From Escherichia coli (GTDB lineage Bacteria; Pseudomonadota; Gammaproteobacteria; Enterobacterales; Enterobacteriaceae): 64,000 nt of DNA. A program made the translations under genes and the position numbers. The notes under the pieces are model-generated. The model worked only from the letters and a program-made list of their open reading frames with translations, searched no databases and was not told the origin of the DNA. The stretch lies in NCBI RefSeq assembly GCF_030013595.1, contig NZ_CP122768.1; one strand, written 5' to 3'. Below are positions 22,883 through 31,645 of this stretch, one piece after another. Within the stretch, counting starts at the first letter, position 1, and each line of letters begins with the position of its first letter.

Positions 22883-23176
22883 ATGGCTGAACACAATATT
22901 ACGCCAGAAGTCATCATTTCCAAAACACAGCGCCGCTGTACCGTGGGTTATCTGCCCAACCGCAGCGACACGCCGGTGATCAAAATCAGCGCCAAATGGC
23001 TGAGAGAAGCGGGATTTGAGATCGGCACTGGCGTTACCGTGAAGATCTCGGAAGGTTGCCTGATCCTGCTTGCGGATAACAACGAAGTACAGGAACTGCG
23101 CAGGGAACTGTATCAGGTTAAACAGGCTGTTAAGGGGATGCGTGACGGGATGTTTAGTGTGCTGAACGAGAGTTAA
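22883..23176 (+). CDS. SymE-like toxin-family protein (AbrB/SpoVT-like fold)
   Basis: 97-aa ORF; segment ISAKWLREAGFEIGTGVTVKISEGCLILLA resembles the SymE core ([28 protein letters not shown]) as I recall it; AAGGTAG upstream of ATG. Confidence 0.6.
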   Translation: MAEHNITPEVIISKTQRRCTVGYLPNRSDTPVIKISAKWLREAGFEIGTGVTVKISEGCLILLADNNEVQELRRELYQVKQAVKGMRDGMFSVLNES

Positions 23177-23243
23177 ATAATAAAAAAGCCGGGAGATTTA
23201 ATGTCTACCCGGCCCACACATTATAATGTGTAAAACATATATT

Positions 23244-23684
23244 CTATTTATTTAAGTATTTTTTAGAGATTCTTAACCACCATGCTTTACCAGAATTAAA
23301 ATTTGAAATTAATACTTTCCCTTTTTTCCTTTTTAAAACATCAAGAATTACAGCATCAGATTTTTTTAATATCCCATCTTCTTGAGGAACACCTAACTCT
23401 ATCAATATATTAATTGAGTCAAATAGATGACCTATCTTTTCATATTCTTCATACAATAAATTACTTTCATTATTCGATATCTGAATTAAGTAATTAAATG
23501 TAACCCCCAAAATATTAGGAAATTTAGAGCTATTGACACTCGATATAAACTCCTGAACAATAGCTCTGTTTTTTAATTTCCCGGCACATAATAAAGCATA
23601 AATATTTCCAGCCAAACGTTCGATATCATGCGGATATCTATATCCTTTAGCAATTATTGCCTTAATTTTCTGTTCAGGAGTCAT
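23244..23684 (-). CDS. candidate Rhs immunity protein (no recognisable family)
   Basis: 146-aa ORF starting 2 nt after the Rhs stop codon, with a GGGAGG Shine-Dalgarno embedded in the last Rhs codons; AT-rich like the Rhs toxin tip. Confidence 0.6.
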   Translation of the reverse strand: MTPEQKIKAIIAKGYRYPHDIERLAGNIYALLCAGKLKNRAIVQEFISSVNSSKFPNILGVTFNYLIQISNNESNLLYEEYEKIGHLFDSINILIELGVPQEDGILKKSDAVILDVLKRKKGKVLISNFNSGKAWWLRISKKYLNK

Positions 23685-23686
23685 TA

Positions 23687-26600
23687 TCAGTACCTCCCGT
23701 TAGGAACAGAAAATCCAGGCAAACGCCTTAGATTTTCCCACGATTCAGGGAAGTGAGTTAAGATCACTGGTGTTTTCCCTATCTGACTTGTTGCAGTAAA
23801 CAAACCTGTTTCAGGATCATAATAGCCTACTCTAGGTTTATTCGTATACCTATCTCTATAAGTAAATTTCCTGCCATTTTGTATCGTGGTTCTTGCACTA
23901 ATATCATATTCTTTTACTGAATTTGCACCGACTTGTGAGCCATGTTTTTCAAAGTGATCTCTTAGGCCCGGCCCATCAACATTTTGTCGTGCTTTATTCC
24001 ATTTTGCATTTTTAGCCGTACCACAAAATAACCCAAGCGGATCGATCCAGCTTAACGGATTTGGCACATAAGCATAGAGGTTCAGCCCACCGTTTAATCC
24101 TATCGGGTCCGTTACCATGAACCGCCCGACATCCGGATCATAGTACCTGTGCAGATTGTAATGCAGCCCCGTTTCCCTGTCGAGGTACTGTCCCTGGTAG
24201 CGCAGGTTCTGCTCCACCCCGCCGTGGTCCTTCTCCTGTATCGTGTTACCCCAGACCTGATACCCCGTCTCCCACACGATTTTCCCGTCGCTGTCCGTCA
24301 TCTCTTCCGGCGCGCCGTTCACATCCGTGTGAAAATACAGTATCCGGTTCGGGCCCTCTTTGCCCGCCTTATCCACCCGCGCCAGCGGTTCATAACTCCC
24401 CGGGTCCCTGTAGATGTACAGGCTGTCTGTTCCCTCCGGCCTGCTCTCCTGCGCCAGCCGCATTCCGTCCCATAAAAATTTTGTCCGGTTGTACGGTTTA
24501 CCGTCAGGACTGATGTGCTGTTTTTCCGTCCGCCTCCCCAGCGCATCGTACACATACCGGTACGTCCCCCGCGCTGTCGTCACTTCCACCATCCGGTGTT
24601 CCGCATCATAACGGTAACTCTGCGTGCCGCTCCGCCCCTCCTTTTCCACCGCACGGCCAAATTCGTCGTAACGGTAGTGCACACCACGGTAAGACATCAG
24701 CCGGTTGAACGGCACCACGCTGTTTTCTGCCGTGGCCCTTTCCCCCGCGCGCCGCGCCAGCAGGTTTCCCGCCGCGTCGTACTGCCAGCTCGCCAGATAC
24801 CCCTCATCCTCCGAGCGGCACGCCGTGATGCGCCCCGTGGGGTCGTAGAAGTAATCCGTTTCCCCCCGCCGGCTGTGCCGCGTCTTCAGCAGTTCATCCT
24901 CGCCACTGTAGCTGTACTGCCGGTCCGTGAACGTCTCCGGTACCCCCCCGCGCATCCCGCTGTATGTCTCCCTGCGCTTCAGCCGCCCGCCGGGGTCGTA
25001 AAGCTGCCGCGTGCTCAGTCGCCCCTGGCTTCTGAGCACTTCACGGTGCAGGGCGTCACGTGTGAACTCGCTGATGACCTCCCGGTCCAGATTTATCTGC
25101 TGGAGATGGCCGCTGCCGTAGTACAGATGACGCTGCGTTCTGCCGTCCGGAAAGGTGGTGGCTGTCCGGTTGCTGAGTTCATCGTACTGATGGGTCAGGA
25201 CGCCCTGCGCCGTCTCCTCAGTCAGCATCCGCCCCAGTCTGTCGTAACTGAAGCGGATAATCTCCGGTGCGTCTGTTTCCCCGGCATCCGACCGTCGGCG
25301 GCGGATTTCCAGTAGCTGGTCTGCCGCATCATGGACGTATTCCGTACGGCTATCGGCTGTCTCCTTTGCCGTAAGCCGGCCCGCCGCATCACGTGCCAGC
25401 CGATGGCGGATTTCACCGCCCCGGTCCCCGGTGAACACCACTTCCGTGACCGCGTTCAGCGCGTTGTAGCGGTACGTCTGGCGGCAGCCGTCCGGATTTA
25501 TCTGCTCCGCCAGACGGTCCAGCACATCATGGCGGAACCGGTAGCTTTCTCCGTTCTCGTTTGTCAGCGTGACCAGACGCCCGTAAGCATCGTACCCGAA
25601 TGCCGTCCTGCGCCCCGTCGCGTCCGTCCGGCTGCGCACCCGGCCCTGCCCGTCCCGCTGCCAGCGCGTTATCCTCCCCATCGGGCTGGTGTACTTCACC
25701 AGCCTGCCCGCCGCGTCCGACTGGTAATTCACCGTGCGGCCGTCCGCCAGTATCACCTCCGTCAGGTGGCCGCTGTCGTCATACCCGTAGCGCGTGCTGT
25801 GGCTCTGCGCGTCTGTCATCCGTATCAGCCGCGTGCGTTCGTCGTAGAACCAGGCCGTCTGCGAGCCGGAACAGTCCGTGTGCCGCATGAGCTGCCCGTC
25901 TTCGTTCCACTGAAGGTATTTATTCCCCCCGCGCGCATCGGTTATCTGCACCACCTGGCCGTGGCGGTCATACTGATACCGGGTGTTCTGCTGCAGCGGG
26001 TCGGTCACCGCAAGAAGATTGCCGCGTTCATCGTACTCACAGCACCAGCTGTTCCCCGCCGCGTCCACCTCCGTTTCCGGCTGGTGCCACACCGGGTGCC
26101 ACTGTGTCTGTGCCACCCGCCCCAGCGGGTCGTGCGTCTCCGTGATATGCCCCTGCCGGTCATACACATAGCGCCATTTGCCGCCCTGCGCATCGGTCAT
26201 TCCCAGTAACAGCCGTTCTTCGTCGCTCCAGCGGAACGTCGTCACCTGCCCGGCTTCGTCCTGGTACGCCGTCACCTGGTTCTGCGCGTCCCACTGATGA
26301 TAACGCGTGCGCCCCAGCCCGTCCGTCACGCACAGCCTGCGTGACGCCAGGCTCCACGCCAGCCGGTACTGTTCACCGCTGTCCGTGTGGTGCCCCGTCA
26401 CCCGCCACGCTGCGTCATCCGGGCCTTCATACCAGCCCCACTGGTAATAATACCCTTCGCCGCCCGGCTGGCGGTGCAGGGTCATGCAGTGGTTTTCGTC
26501 GTAAGCAAACTCGCGCAGCAGGTGTCCCGTGCTGTCGTACACGCCGTTCAGGTCGCCGGCCTCGTCATAGCGGTAACGACGCAGCAGTAAAGGAGCCGTC

Positions 26601-28339
26601 TCAGGGAAATGCTGATAAATCTGTGTCACCCGCCGGGGATGCGCCGCCAGTTCATAATGCAGACGGATGCACGGACGCTGCTGTTCACCGCTGATTTGCG
26701 TGATGCGCCCCAGCTCGTCGTAGTACAGATTCAGACAGTTGCTGTTGCGGTCGCCCAGCATTTTCAGCCGCTGGCGCTGCGGGTGATGCGGGTCGGCCTC
26801 AAACAGAAAAAACTGCCCGTCATCGCTGCTGATAAGCCAGTGCCCCTGCTCACCCCGCCTTACCGCCAGTCCTTCGCCGGGGCTGTAAAACCCGCTCCCC
26901 GGCAGCACGGCCTCCATATCCAGGCGTCGTCCCATGCCCGACACAAAGGTCATACAGTTTTCGTCAGCAGTACCCGGCGTGCGCTCGAGGCTGACTTCAT
27001 ACATCACGCTCCAGCCCTGCCCGAACATCCCTTCCGTGCGGTCGTCACGACTGCTGTACACGCGCTGCCAGTCCAGCGGAAAGTGGCCCGGCAGACTGAA
27101 ATCGAAGTCATCGTCATCCGCCAGATATTTGGCTCCGGTGGCGGCATTGACCGGATGCGGAAGGGCACTGATGGCCTTCTGCGTCATCACCCCCATCCCG
27201 ACACTGGCAGCAAAACAGGCGATTTTAGAAAGCATTTTGCCCGGGCGAAGAAACATCAGCGCCACAGTTGCCACCAGGGTTATCTGCGACCTGCCGCTTC
27301 TGATATCCCTGACCACCAGTAACGGACCGCCAATGCGGACATCCGGTGACACAAACGCCCCGTTCCCCGGCTCATTCACCACCCAGGCCTCGCAGGTGCA
27401 GCGTGCCCCGCTGCGTGCCGCCGGCTGGCTGTTGATACGCACATCCCGCGCGCCTTCCGCGATATATTCCGCTGCGGGCGGTTCATCATCGCCTTTGAAC
27501 AGATTACTGATGCTGCCAATAACCGCATTCACTCCCTGAAAGGCGGTTTCCAGCATACCGCCCGGACTCAGCAGGTTAAGGGCCGTTCCCAGAGGGTCAT
27601 CCAGAAAGGCGGCTTTTTTTTGTGCGAGAAACTGCGTCAGTGAGGAGGGATGTTTATGGCAGTCGATTTTATCGTCAGGGGTCGGGGTGGAGCCCGGGGC
27701 CGCACTGGCCACGGTGGGCTGCCATAGTTCCGACACAAAATGTGTCACGCCATCCACCATTTCAGAACGCCCTTCTTCCGTACTGAGCTGGTCATGCAGC
27801 GCCCGGGACATCAGCACAGGCCCTGTCACCGGGTTAACCGCCAGGGCTATGGCCCCCGCCATTTCCAGATATTCCCCGGCCACATCCCGGAACGTTCTGG
27901 CGTCCTCCTGACGCTGCGCTTCTTCCTGTTCCGCCTTCGCCTGTGCCTCCTGCGCCTCAATGTCCTGCCGCGATGCCGCAGTCGCCGCTGCCCGCGCGGC
28001 AGGTTTGCTGTTGATCCATGTGTCGCCAGAGCCGGTGAGGATGTAACCTTCAATCTGAGGCGGGAAAAGCCAGTTCGCCAGTTGCTCACTTTCCCTACTG
28101 ATTCGGTCATTCCAGCCCTGATACGACATAAATACCGCTGTTGCTATACCGATCGCTAAAATGGTTGAGCAGCCCAGCGTTGCCACTTCAACTCCGCCCA
28201 GCGCCGCCATGGTTCCGACAACCAGAACATCCACCAGGGCTGTGGCGGCAACCTCTACAACTGCCCCCAGCACATCTGCCATAAACGACGTATGCAGCAG
28301 GGCATCACCCTGCCTTGCCGCCCAGAATGCCTCTTCCAT
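23687..28339 (-). CDS. Rhs-family polymorphic toxin: prePAAR motif and hydrophobic segments, PAAR-like region, YD-repeat core, DPxGL motifs, variable C-terminal toxin domain
   Basis: ORF track 1550 aa; N-terminal AARQGDALLH (AARxxDxxxH) then hydrophobic stretches; many YD/RYxYD repeats; VTDPIGLNGG...PNPLSWIDPLGL followed by a ~113-aa basic tail; occupies the K-12 rhsC position but differs from K-12 RhsC at both termini. Confidence 0.92.
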   Translation of the reverse strand: MEEAFWAARQGDALLHTSFMADVLGAVVEVAATALVDVLVVGTMAALGGVEVATLGCSTILAIGIATAVFMSYQGWNDRISRESEQLANWLFPPQIEGYILTGSGDTWINSKPAARAAATAASRQDIEAQEAQAKAEQEEAQRQEDARTFRDVAGEYLEMAGAIALAVNPVTGPVLMSRALHDQLSTEEGRSEMVDGVTHFVSELWQPTVASAAPGSTPTPDDKIDCHKHPSSLTQFLAQKKAAFLDDPLGTALNLLSPGGMLETAFQGVNAVIGSISNLFKGDDEPPAAEYIAEGARDVRINSQPAARSGARCTCEAWVVNEPGNGAFVSPDVRIGGPLLVVRDIRSGRSQITLVATVALMFLRPGKMLSKIACFAASVGMGVMTQKAISALPHPVNAATGAKYLADDDDFDFSLPGHFPLDWQRVYSSRDDRTEGMFGQGWSVMYEVSLERTPGTADENCMTFVSGMGRRLDMEAVLPGSGFYSPGEGLAVRRGEQGHWLISSDDGQFFLFEADPHHPQRQRLKMLGDRNSNCLNLYYDELGRITQISGEQQRPCIRLHYELAAHPRRVTQIYQHFPETAPLLLRRYRYDEAGDLNGVYDSTGHLLREFAYDENHCMTLHRQPGGEGYYYQWGWYEGPDDAAWRVTGHHTDSGEQYRLAWSLASRRLCVTDGLGRTRYHQWDAQNQVTAYQDEAGQVTTFRWSDEERLLLGMTDAQGGKWRYVYDRQGHITETHDPLGRVAQTQWHPVWHQPETEVDAAGNSWCCEYDERGNLLAVTDPLQQNTRYQYDRHGQVVQITDARGGNKYLQWNEDGQLMRHTDCSGSQTAWFYDERTRLIRMTDAQSHSTRYGYDDSGHLTEVILADGRTVNYQSDAAGRLVKYTSPMGRITRWQRDGQGRVRSRTDATGRRTAFGYDAYGRLVTLTNENGESYRFRHDVLDRLAEQINPDGCRQTYRYNALNAVTEVVFTGDRGGEIRHRLARDAAGRLTAKETADSRTEYVHDAADQLLEIRRRRSDAGETDAPEIIRFSYDRLGRMLTEETAQGVLTHQYDELSNRTATTFPDGRTQRHLYYGSGHLQQINLDREVISEFTRDALHREVLRSQGRLSTRQLYDPGGRLKRRETYSGMRGGVPETFTDRQYSYSGEDELLKTRHSRRGETDYFYDPTGRITACRSEDEGYLASWQYDAAGNLLARRAGERATAENSVVPFNRLMSYRGVHYRYDEFGRAVEKEGRSGTQSYRYDAEHRMVEVTTARGTYRYVYDALGRRTEKQHISPDGKPYNRTKFLWDGMRLAQESRPEGTDSLYIYRDPGSYEPLARVDKAGKEGPNRILYFHTDVNGAPEEMTDSDGKIVWETGYQVWGNTIQEKDHGGVEQNLRYQGQYLDRETGLHYNLHRYYDPDVGRFMVTDPIGLNGGLNLYAYVPNPLSWIDPLGLFCGTAKNAKWNKARQNVDGPGLRDHFEKHGSQVGANSVKEYDISARTTIQNGRKFTYRDRYTNKPRVGYYDPETGLFTATSQIGKTPVILTHFPESWENLRRLPGFSVPNGRY

Positions 28340-28357
28340 GTCCCGTTCCCTGTGTGA

Positions 28358-28558
28358 TTAATTCGTCCCGGCTTCCTGCCGCATCCTGAAGCGCAGATTC
28401 TTTTTAATTTCAGCCCAGCGCGTCATATCTGCCGGGGTCAGCGGTGTGGTTCTGGCGTAGGTGAAGGCCATCATGACCCGTTCACCCGGCAATACAAATG
28501 CCACCTGACACTGGTACACCTGCTCGTTACCCCGGAGAAACTGGCTCTGTATTTGCAA
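28358..28558 (-). other. possible remnant of a gene upstream of rhs (truncated Eag/DUF1795-like chaperone?)
   Basis: 66-codon ORF initiating at TTG with an in-frame stop two codons upstream, ending 18 bp before the Rhs start; no ATG start or clear RBS; identity not verifiable by eye. Confidence 0.25.
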
Positions 28559-29294
28559 ACCGCCTCATAGAGATAATATTCCGTCATAATAGAAGTCGTC
28601 CTTTTTAATAAATGAATTATTTATTGACAGGTTCTGTTTTTTAATCATGAATGTAATGTCTATCACCGCTTTACAGCACTCTTTATCTTTCAAGCCGTAA
28701 TCACTAATAACATTAAGCAATTACCCATATTTACAATGACCGGAACTGATATGCCGTTATGTATTTAACAATCCCAACATATTCACCATACCAATAAAAT
28801 CACGAGTAACAAACACGCTACCGCCTCCATATAAAAAATGGACAGCTTATAAAATTGCATCTTGCATAGAAAGGGCTGAGATATCGAGTGTATTTTAATT
28901 ATCAACTATAAATGTTGAATATTTTCATTAACAGAAACACATCTTATCCCATTAGATATGTTAACAATCAATTACTCTTAACATATCACTAAAGTATATA
29001 TTACTCTCTTTACTATCTACTTTTATTGCGGTAGCGATACAAATAGCAAAATTCGGAATTTATTTAGATGCAGGAATTAGAAAAAGGGATGGCGGCTTTC
29101 TCACCTTACCCTGAAGTTTCAGGAAAGTGTGTAAGGAAGGATGCAACCTAACTGGAGATTTCTGAGGATCTAGTTGCTTAGAGCGACAATGAAGGTGAAC
29201 GCATCCAGAGTAGTCCTATGAAAGGATACTATTGAAAATTGATGCTAAAACAGTGATTAAATGAACAACACCATGGAACCCGTTGATTCAAAAC

Positions 29295-29326
29295 GCCTAA
29301 ACCAGCCCCCTGATACGAGGCTGGCT
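29295..29326 (-). terminator. hairpin downstream of ybfA
   Basis: CCAGCC ... GGCTGG inverted repeat followed by a T-run on the minus strand. Confidence 0.4.
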
Positions 29327-29341
29327 TAAACGCGCAGGCAA

Positions 29342-29548
29342 TCAGTAAAAATCACCAGTTGCCTTTTCGGCCTGATCCATCCACACCGGTTTCTCGCTGG
29401 TTTTCGACCAGACGCGGTGCAGGTAGCTGTAAAAGCGGGCGCGGTCTTTCCAGAAAAGCATGAAAGGCAGCGCCAGAACGCCCGCTGCAACCGCATAAGT
29501 ACGGCGTATAAAGATAAGCCATGCAGGATATTCTCTGTAGAGTTCCAT
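29342..29548 (-). CDS. ybfA: DUF2517-family small membrane protein
   Basis: ORF track 68 aa [33 protein letters not shown]... Confidence 0.85.
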   Translation of the reverse strand: MELYREYPAWLIFIRRTYAVAAGVLALPFMLFWKDRARFYSYLHRVWSKTSEKPVWMDQAEKATGDFY

Positions 29549-29757
29549 ACTTTTCTCCCCCTTTTGTATCTATCCGGTGAATGGCACCGGAAAAATGAAT
29601 TTGTTTATCTGATGAAAATAGTACCGCCTTTTGTGTAATTTTACTACTCATCCGACCACTTATTTTTGCTTATTGATGGTTTATTTACATTCACACTGTA
29701 ATTAAGTTACACAAAAGTTAAATTAATACTAACCATCAGTTAAATCATGGCTTTTGC

Positions 29758-29786
29758 CATTTTTATACTTTTTTTACACCCCGCCC
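29758..29786 (+). promoter_or_regulatory. KdpE-binding region of the kdpFABC promoter
   Basis: TTTTTATACTTTTTTTACACCCCGCCCG about 75 bp upstream of kdpF; matches the KdpE operator as I remember it. Confidence 0.5.
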
Positions 29787-29860
29787 GCAGATTTTTGCGA
29801 AATCTTTGCAGCCAGAATTCTACTCTTCCGGTATCACTTTTAGGCCACTGGAGGTGCACT

Positions 29861-29950
29861 GTGAGTGCAGGCGTGATAGCCGGCGTGTTGCTGGTGTTTT
29901 TATTACTGGGTTATCTGGTTTATGCCCTGATCAATGCGGAGGCGTTCTGA
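29861..29950 (+). CDS. kdpF: K+-transporting ATPase small subunit F
   Basis: GTG-initiated 29-codon hydrophobic ORF ([29 protein letters not shown]) with GGAGG RBS; stop overlaps kdpA ATG. Confidence 0.8.
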   Translation: MSAGVIAGVLLVFLLLGYLVYALINAEAF

Positions 29951-31623
29951 TGGCTGCGCAAGGGTTCTTACTGATTGCCACGTTTTTACTGGTGTTAATG
30001 GTGCTGGCGCGTCCTTTAGGCAGCGGGCTGGCGCGGCTGATTAACGACATACCTCTTCCCGGTACAGCGGGCGTTGAACGTATACTCTTTCGTTTACCTG
30101 GCGTCTCTGACAGTGAGATGAACTGGAAGCAGTATCTCTCTGCCATTCTCGGCCTGAACATGCTGGGGCTGGCGGTGCTGTTTTTTATGTTGCTCGGTCA
30201 GCACTATCTGCCGCTTAATCCACAGCAGTTGCCAGGGCTGTCGTGGGATCTGGCGCTGAATACCGCCGTCAGCTTTGTCACCAATACCAACTGGCAATCT
30301 TATAGCGGTGAAACCACGTTGAGCTATTTCAGCCAGATGGCGGGCTTAACGGTACAAAACTTTCTTTCTGCCGCCAGCGGGATTGCGGTGATTTTTGCCC
30401 TCATTCGTGCGTTTACCCGCCAGAGCATGAGCACACTCGGGAATGTCTGGGTCGATCTGTTACGTATCACGTTATGGGTGCTAGTCCCTGTGGCGTTGTT
30501 GATCGCACTGTTTTTTATTCAACAAGGTGCACTGCAAAACTTTCTGCCCTATCAGGCGGTGAATACCGTTGAAGGAGCGAAACAGCTGTTACCCATGGGT
30601 CCGGTGGCTTCTCAGGAAGCGATAAAGATGCTCGGCACTAACGGCGGTGGCTTCTTTAATGCCAACTCGTCGCATCCGTTTGAAAACCCAACCGCACTGA
30701 CCAACTTCGTGCAGATGCTGGCGATCTTCTTGATCCCAACGGCACTGTGCTTTGCCTTTGGCGAAGTGGCGGGCGATCGCCGTCAGGGGCGCATGTTGCT
30801 GTGGGCGATGTCAGTGATTTTTGTCATCTGCGTAGGCGTGGTGATGTGGGCAGAAGTTCAGGGTAATCCTCATCTGCTGGCGCTGGGTGCGGACAGCAGC
30901 ATCAATATGGAAGGTAAAGAGAGCCGTTTCGGCGTGCTGGTCAGTAGCCTGTTTGCGGTCGTGACTACGGCGGCTTCCTGTGGCGCGGTGATTGCGATGC
31001 ATGATTCGTTTACCGCTCTCGGTGGCATGGTGCCGATGTGGCTGATGCAAATTGGTGAAGTGGTATTCGGCGGTGTCGGTTCTGGTCTTTACGGCATGAT
31101 GCTGTTTGTTCTGCTGGCGGTGTTTATTGCCGGGCTGATGATTGGTCGTACACCGGAATATCTGGGTAAAAAAATCGACGTACGTGAGATGAAACTGACC
31201 GCGCTGGCGATTCTGGTCACCCCGACGCTGGTGCTGATGGGCGCGGCGCTGGCGATGATGACCGACGCCGGACGTAGCGCCATGCTCAACCCTGGCCCGC
31301 ATGGTTTTAGCGAAATGCTGTACGCCGTGTCGTCCGCCGCTAACAACAACGGCAGCGCCTTTGCCGGATTAAGCACCAACTCTCCATTCTGGAACTGTTT
31401 GCTGGCGTTCTGCATGTTTGTCGGTCGCTTCGGGGTAATTATCCCGGTGATGGCAATTGCCGGTTCGTTGGTGAGTAAAAAGAGCCAACCCGCCAGCTCC
31501 GGCACGCTGCCAACGCACGGCCCGCTGTTTGTTGGCCTGTTAATCGGCACCGTGTTGCTGGTTGGCGCACTGACCTTTATCCCTGCCCTGGCGCTTGGTC
31601 CGGTGGCGGAATATCTCTCCTGA
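29950..31623 (+). CDS. kdpA: K+-transporting ATPase subunit A
   Basis: Within ORF 29806..31623; start at [24 protein letters not shown] (ATG 29950), 557 aa. Confidence 0.95.
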   Translation: MAAQGFLLIATFLLVLMVLARPLGSGLARLINDIPLPGTAGVERILFRLPGVSDSEMNWKQYLSAILGLNMLGLAVLFFMLLGQHYLPLNPQQLPGLSWDLALNTAVSFVTNTNWQSYSGETTLSYFSQMAGLTVQNFLSAASGIAVIFALIRAFTRQSMSTLGNVWVDLLRITLWVLVPVALLIALFFIQQGALQNFLPYQAVNTVEGAKQLLPMGPVASQEAIKMLGTNGGGFFNANSSHPFENPTALTNFVQMLAIFLIPTALCFAFGEVAGDRRQGRMLLWAMSVIFVICVGVVMWAEVQGNPHLLALGADSSINMEGKESRFGVLVSSLFAVVTTAASCGAVIAMHDSFTALGGMVPMWLMQIGEVVFGGVGSGLYGMMLFVLLAVFIAGLMIGRTPEYLGKKIDVREMKLTALAILVTPTLVLMGAALAMMTDAGRSAMLNPGPHGFSEMLYAVSSAANNNGSAFAGLSTNSPFWNCLLAFCMFVGRFGVIIPVMAIAGSLVSKKSQPASSGTLPTHGPLFVGLLIGTVLLVGALTFIPALALGPVAEYLS

Positions 31624-31645
31624 TGATATTGAGTGAGCACTGAAT

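Noticed and set aside
24149-28159. Many plus-strand ORFs of 60-300 aa (for example 24515..25315, 25331..26209, 26609..27322, 26934..27539)
   Set aside because: All lie antisense within the GC-rich Rhs core; Arg/Pro/Ala-rich translations without starts in good context; a well-known artefact of Rhs core composition.
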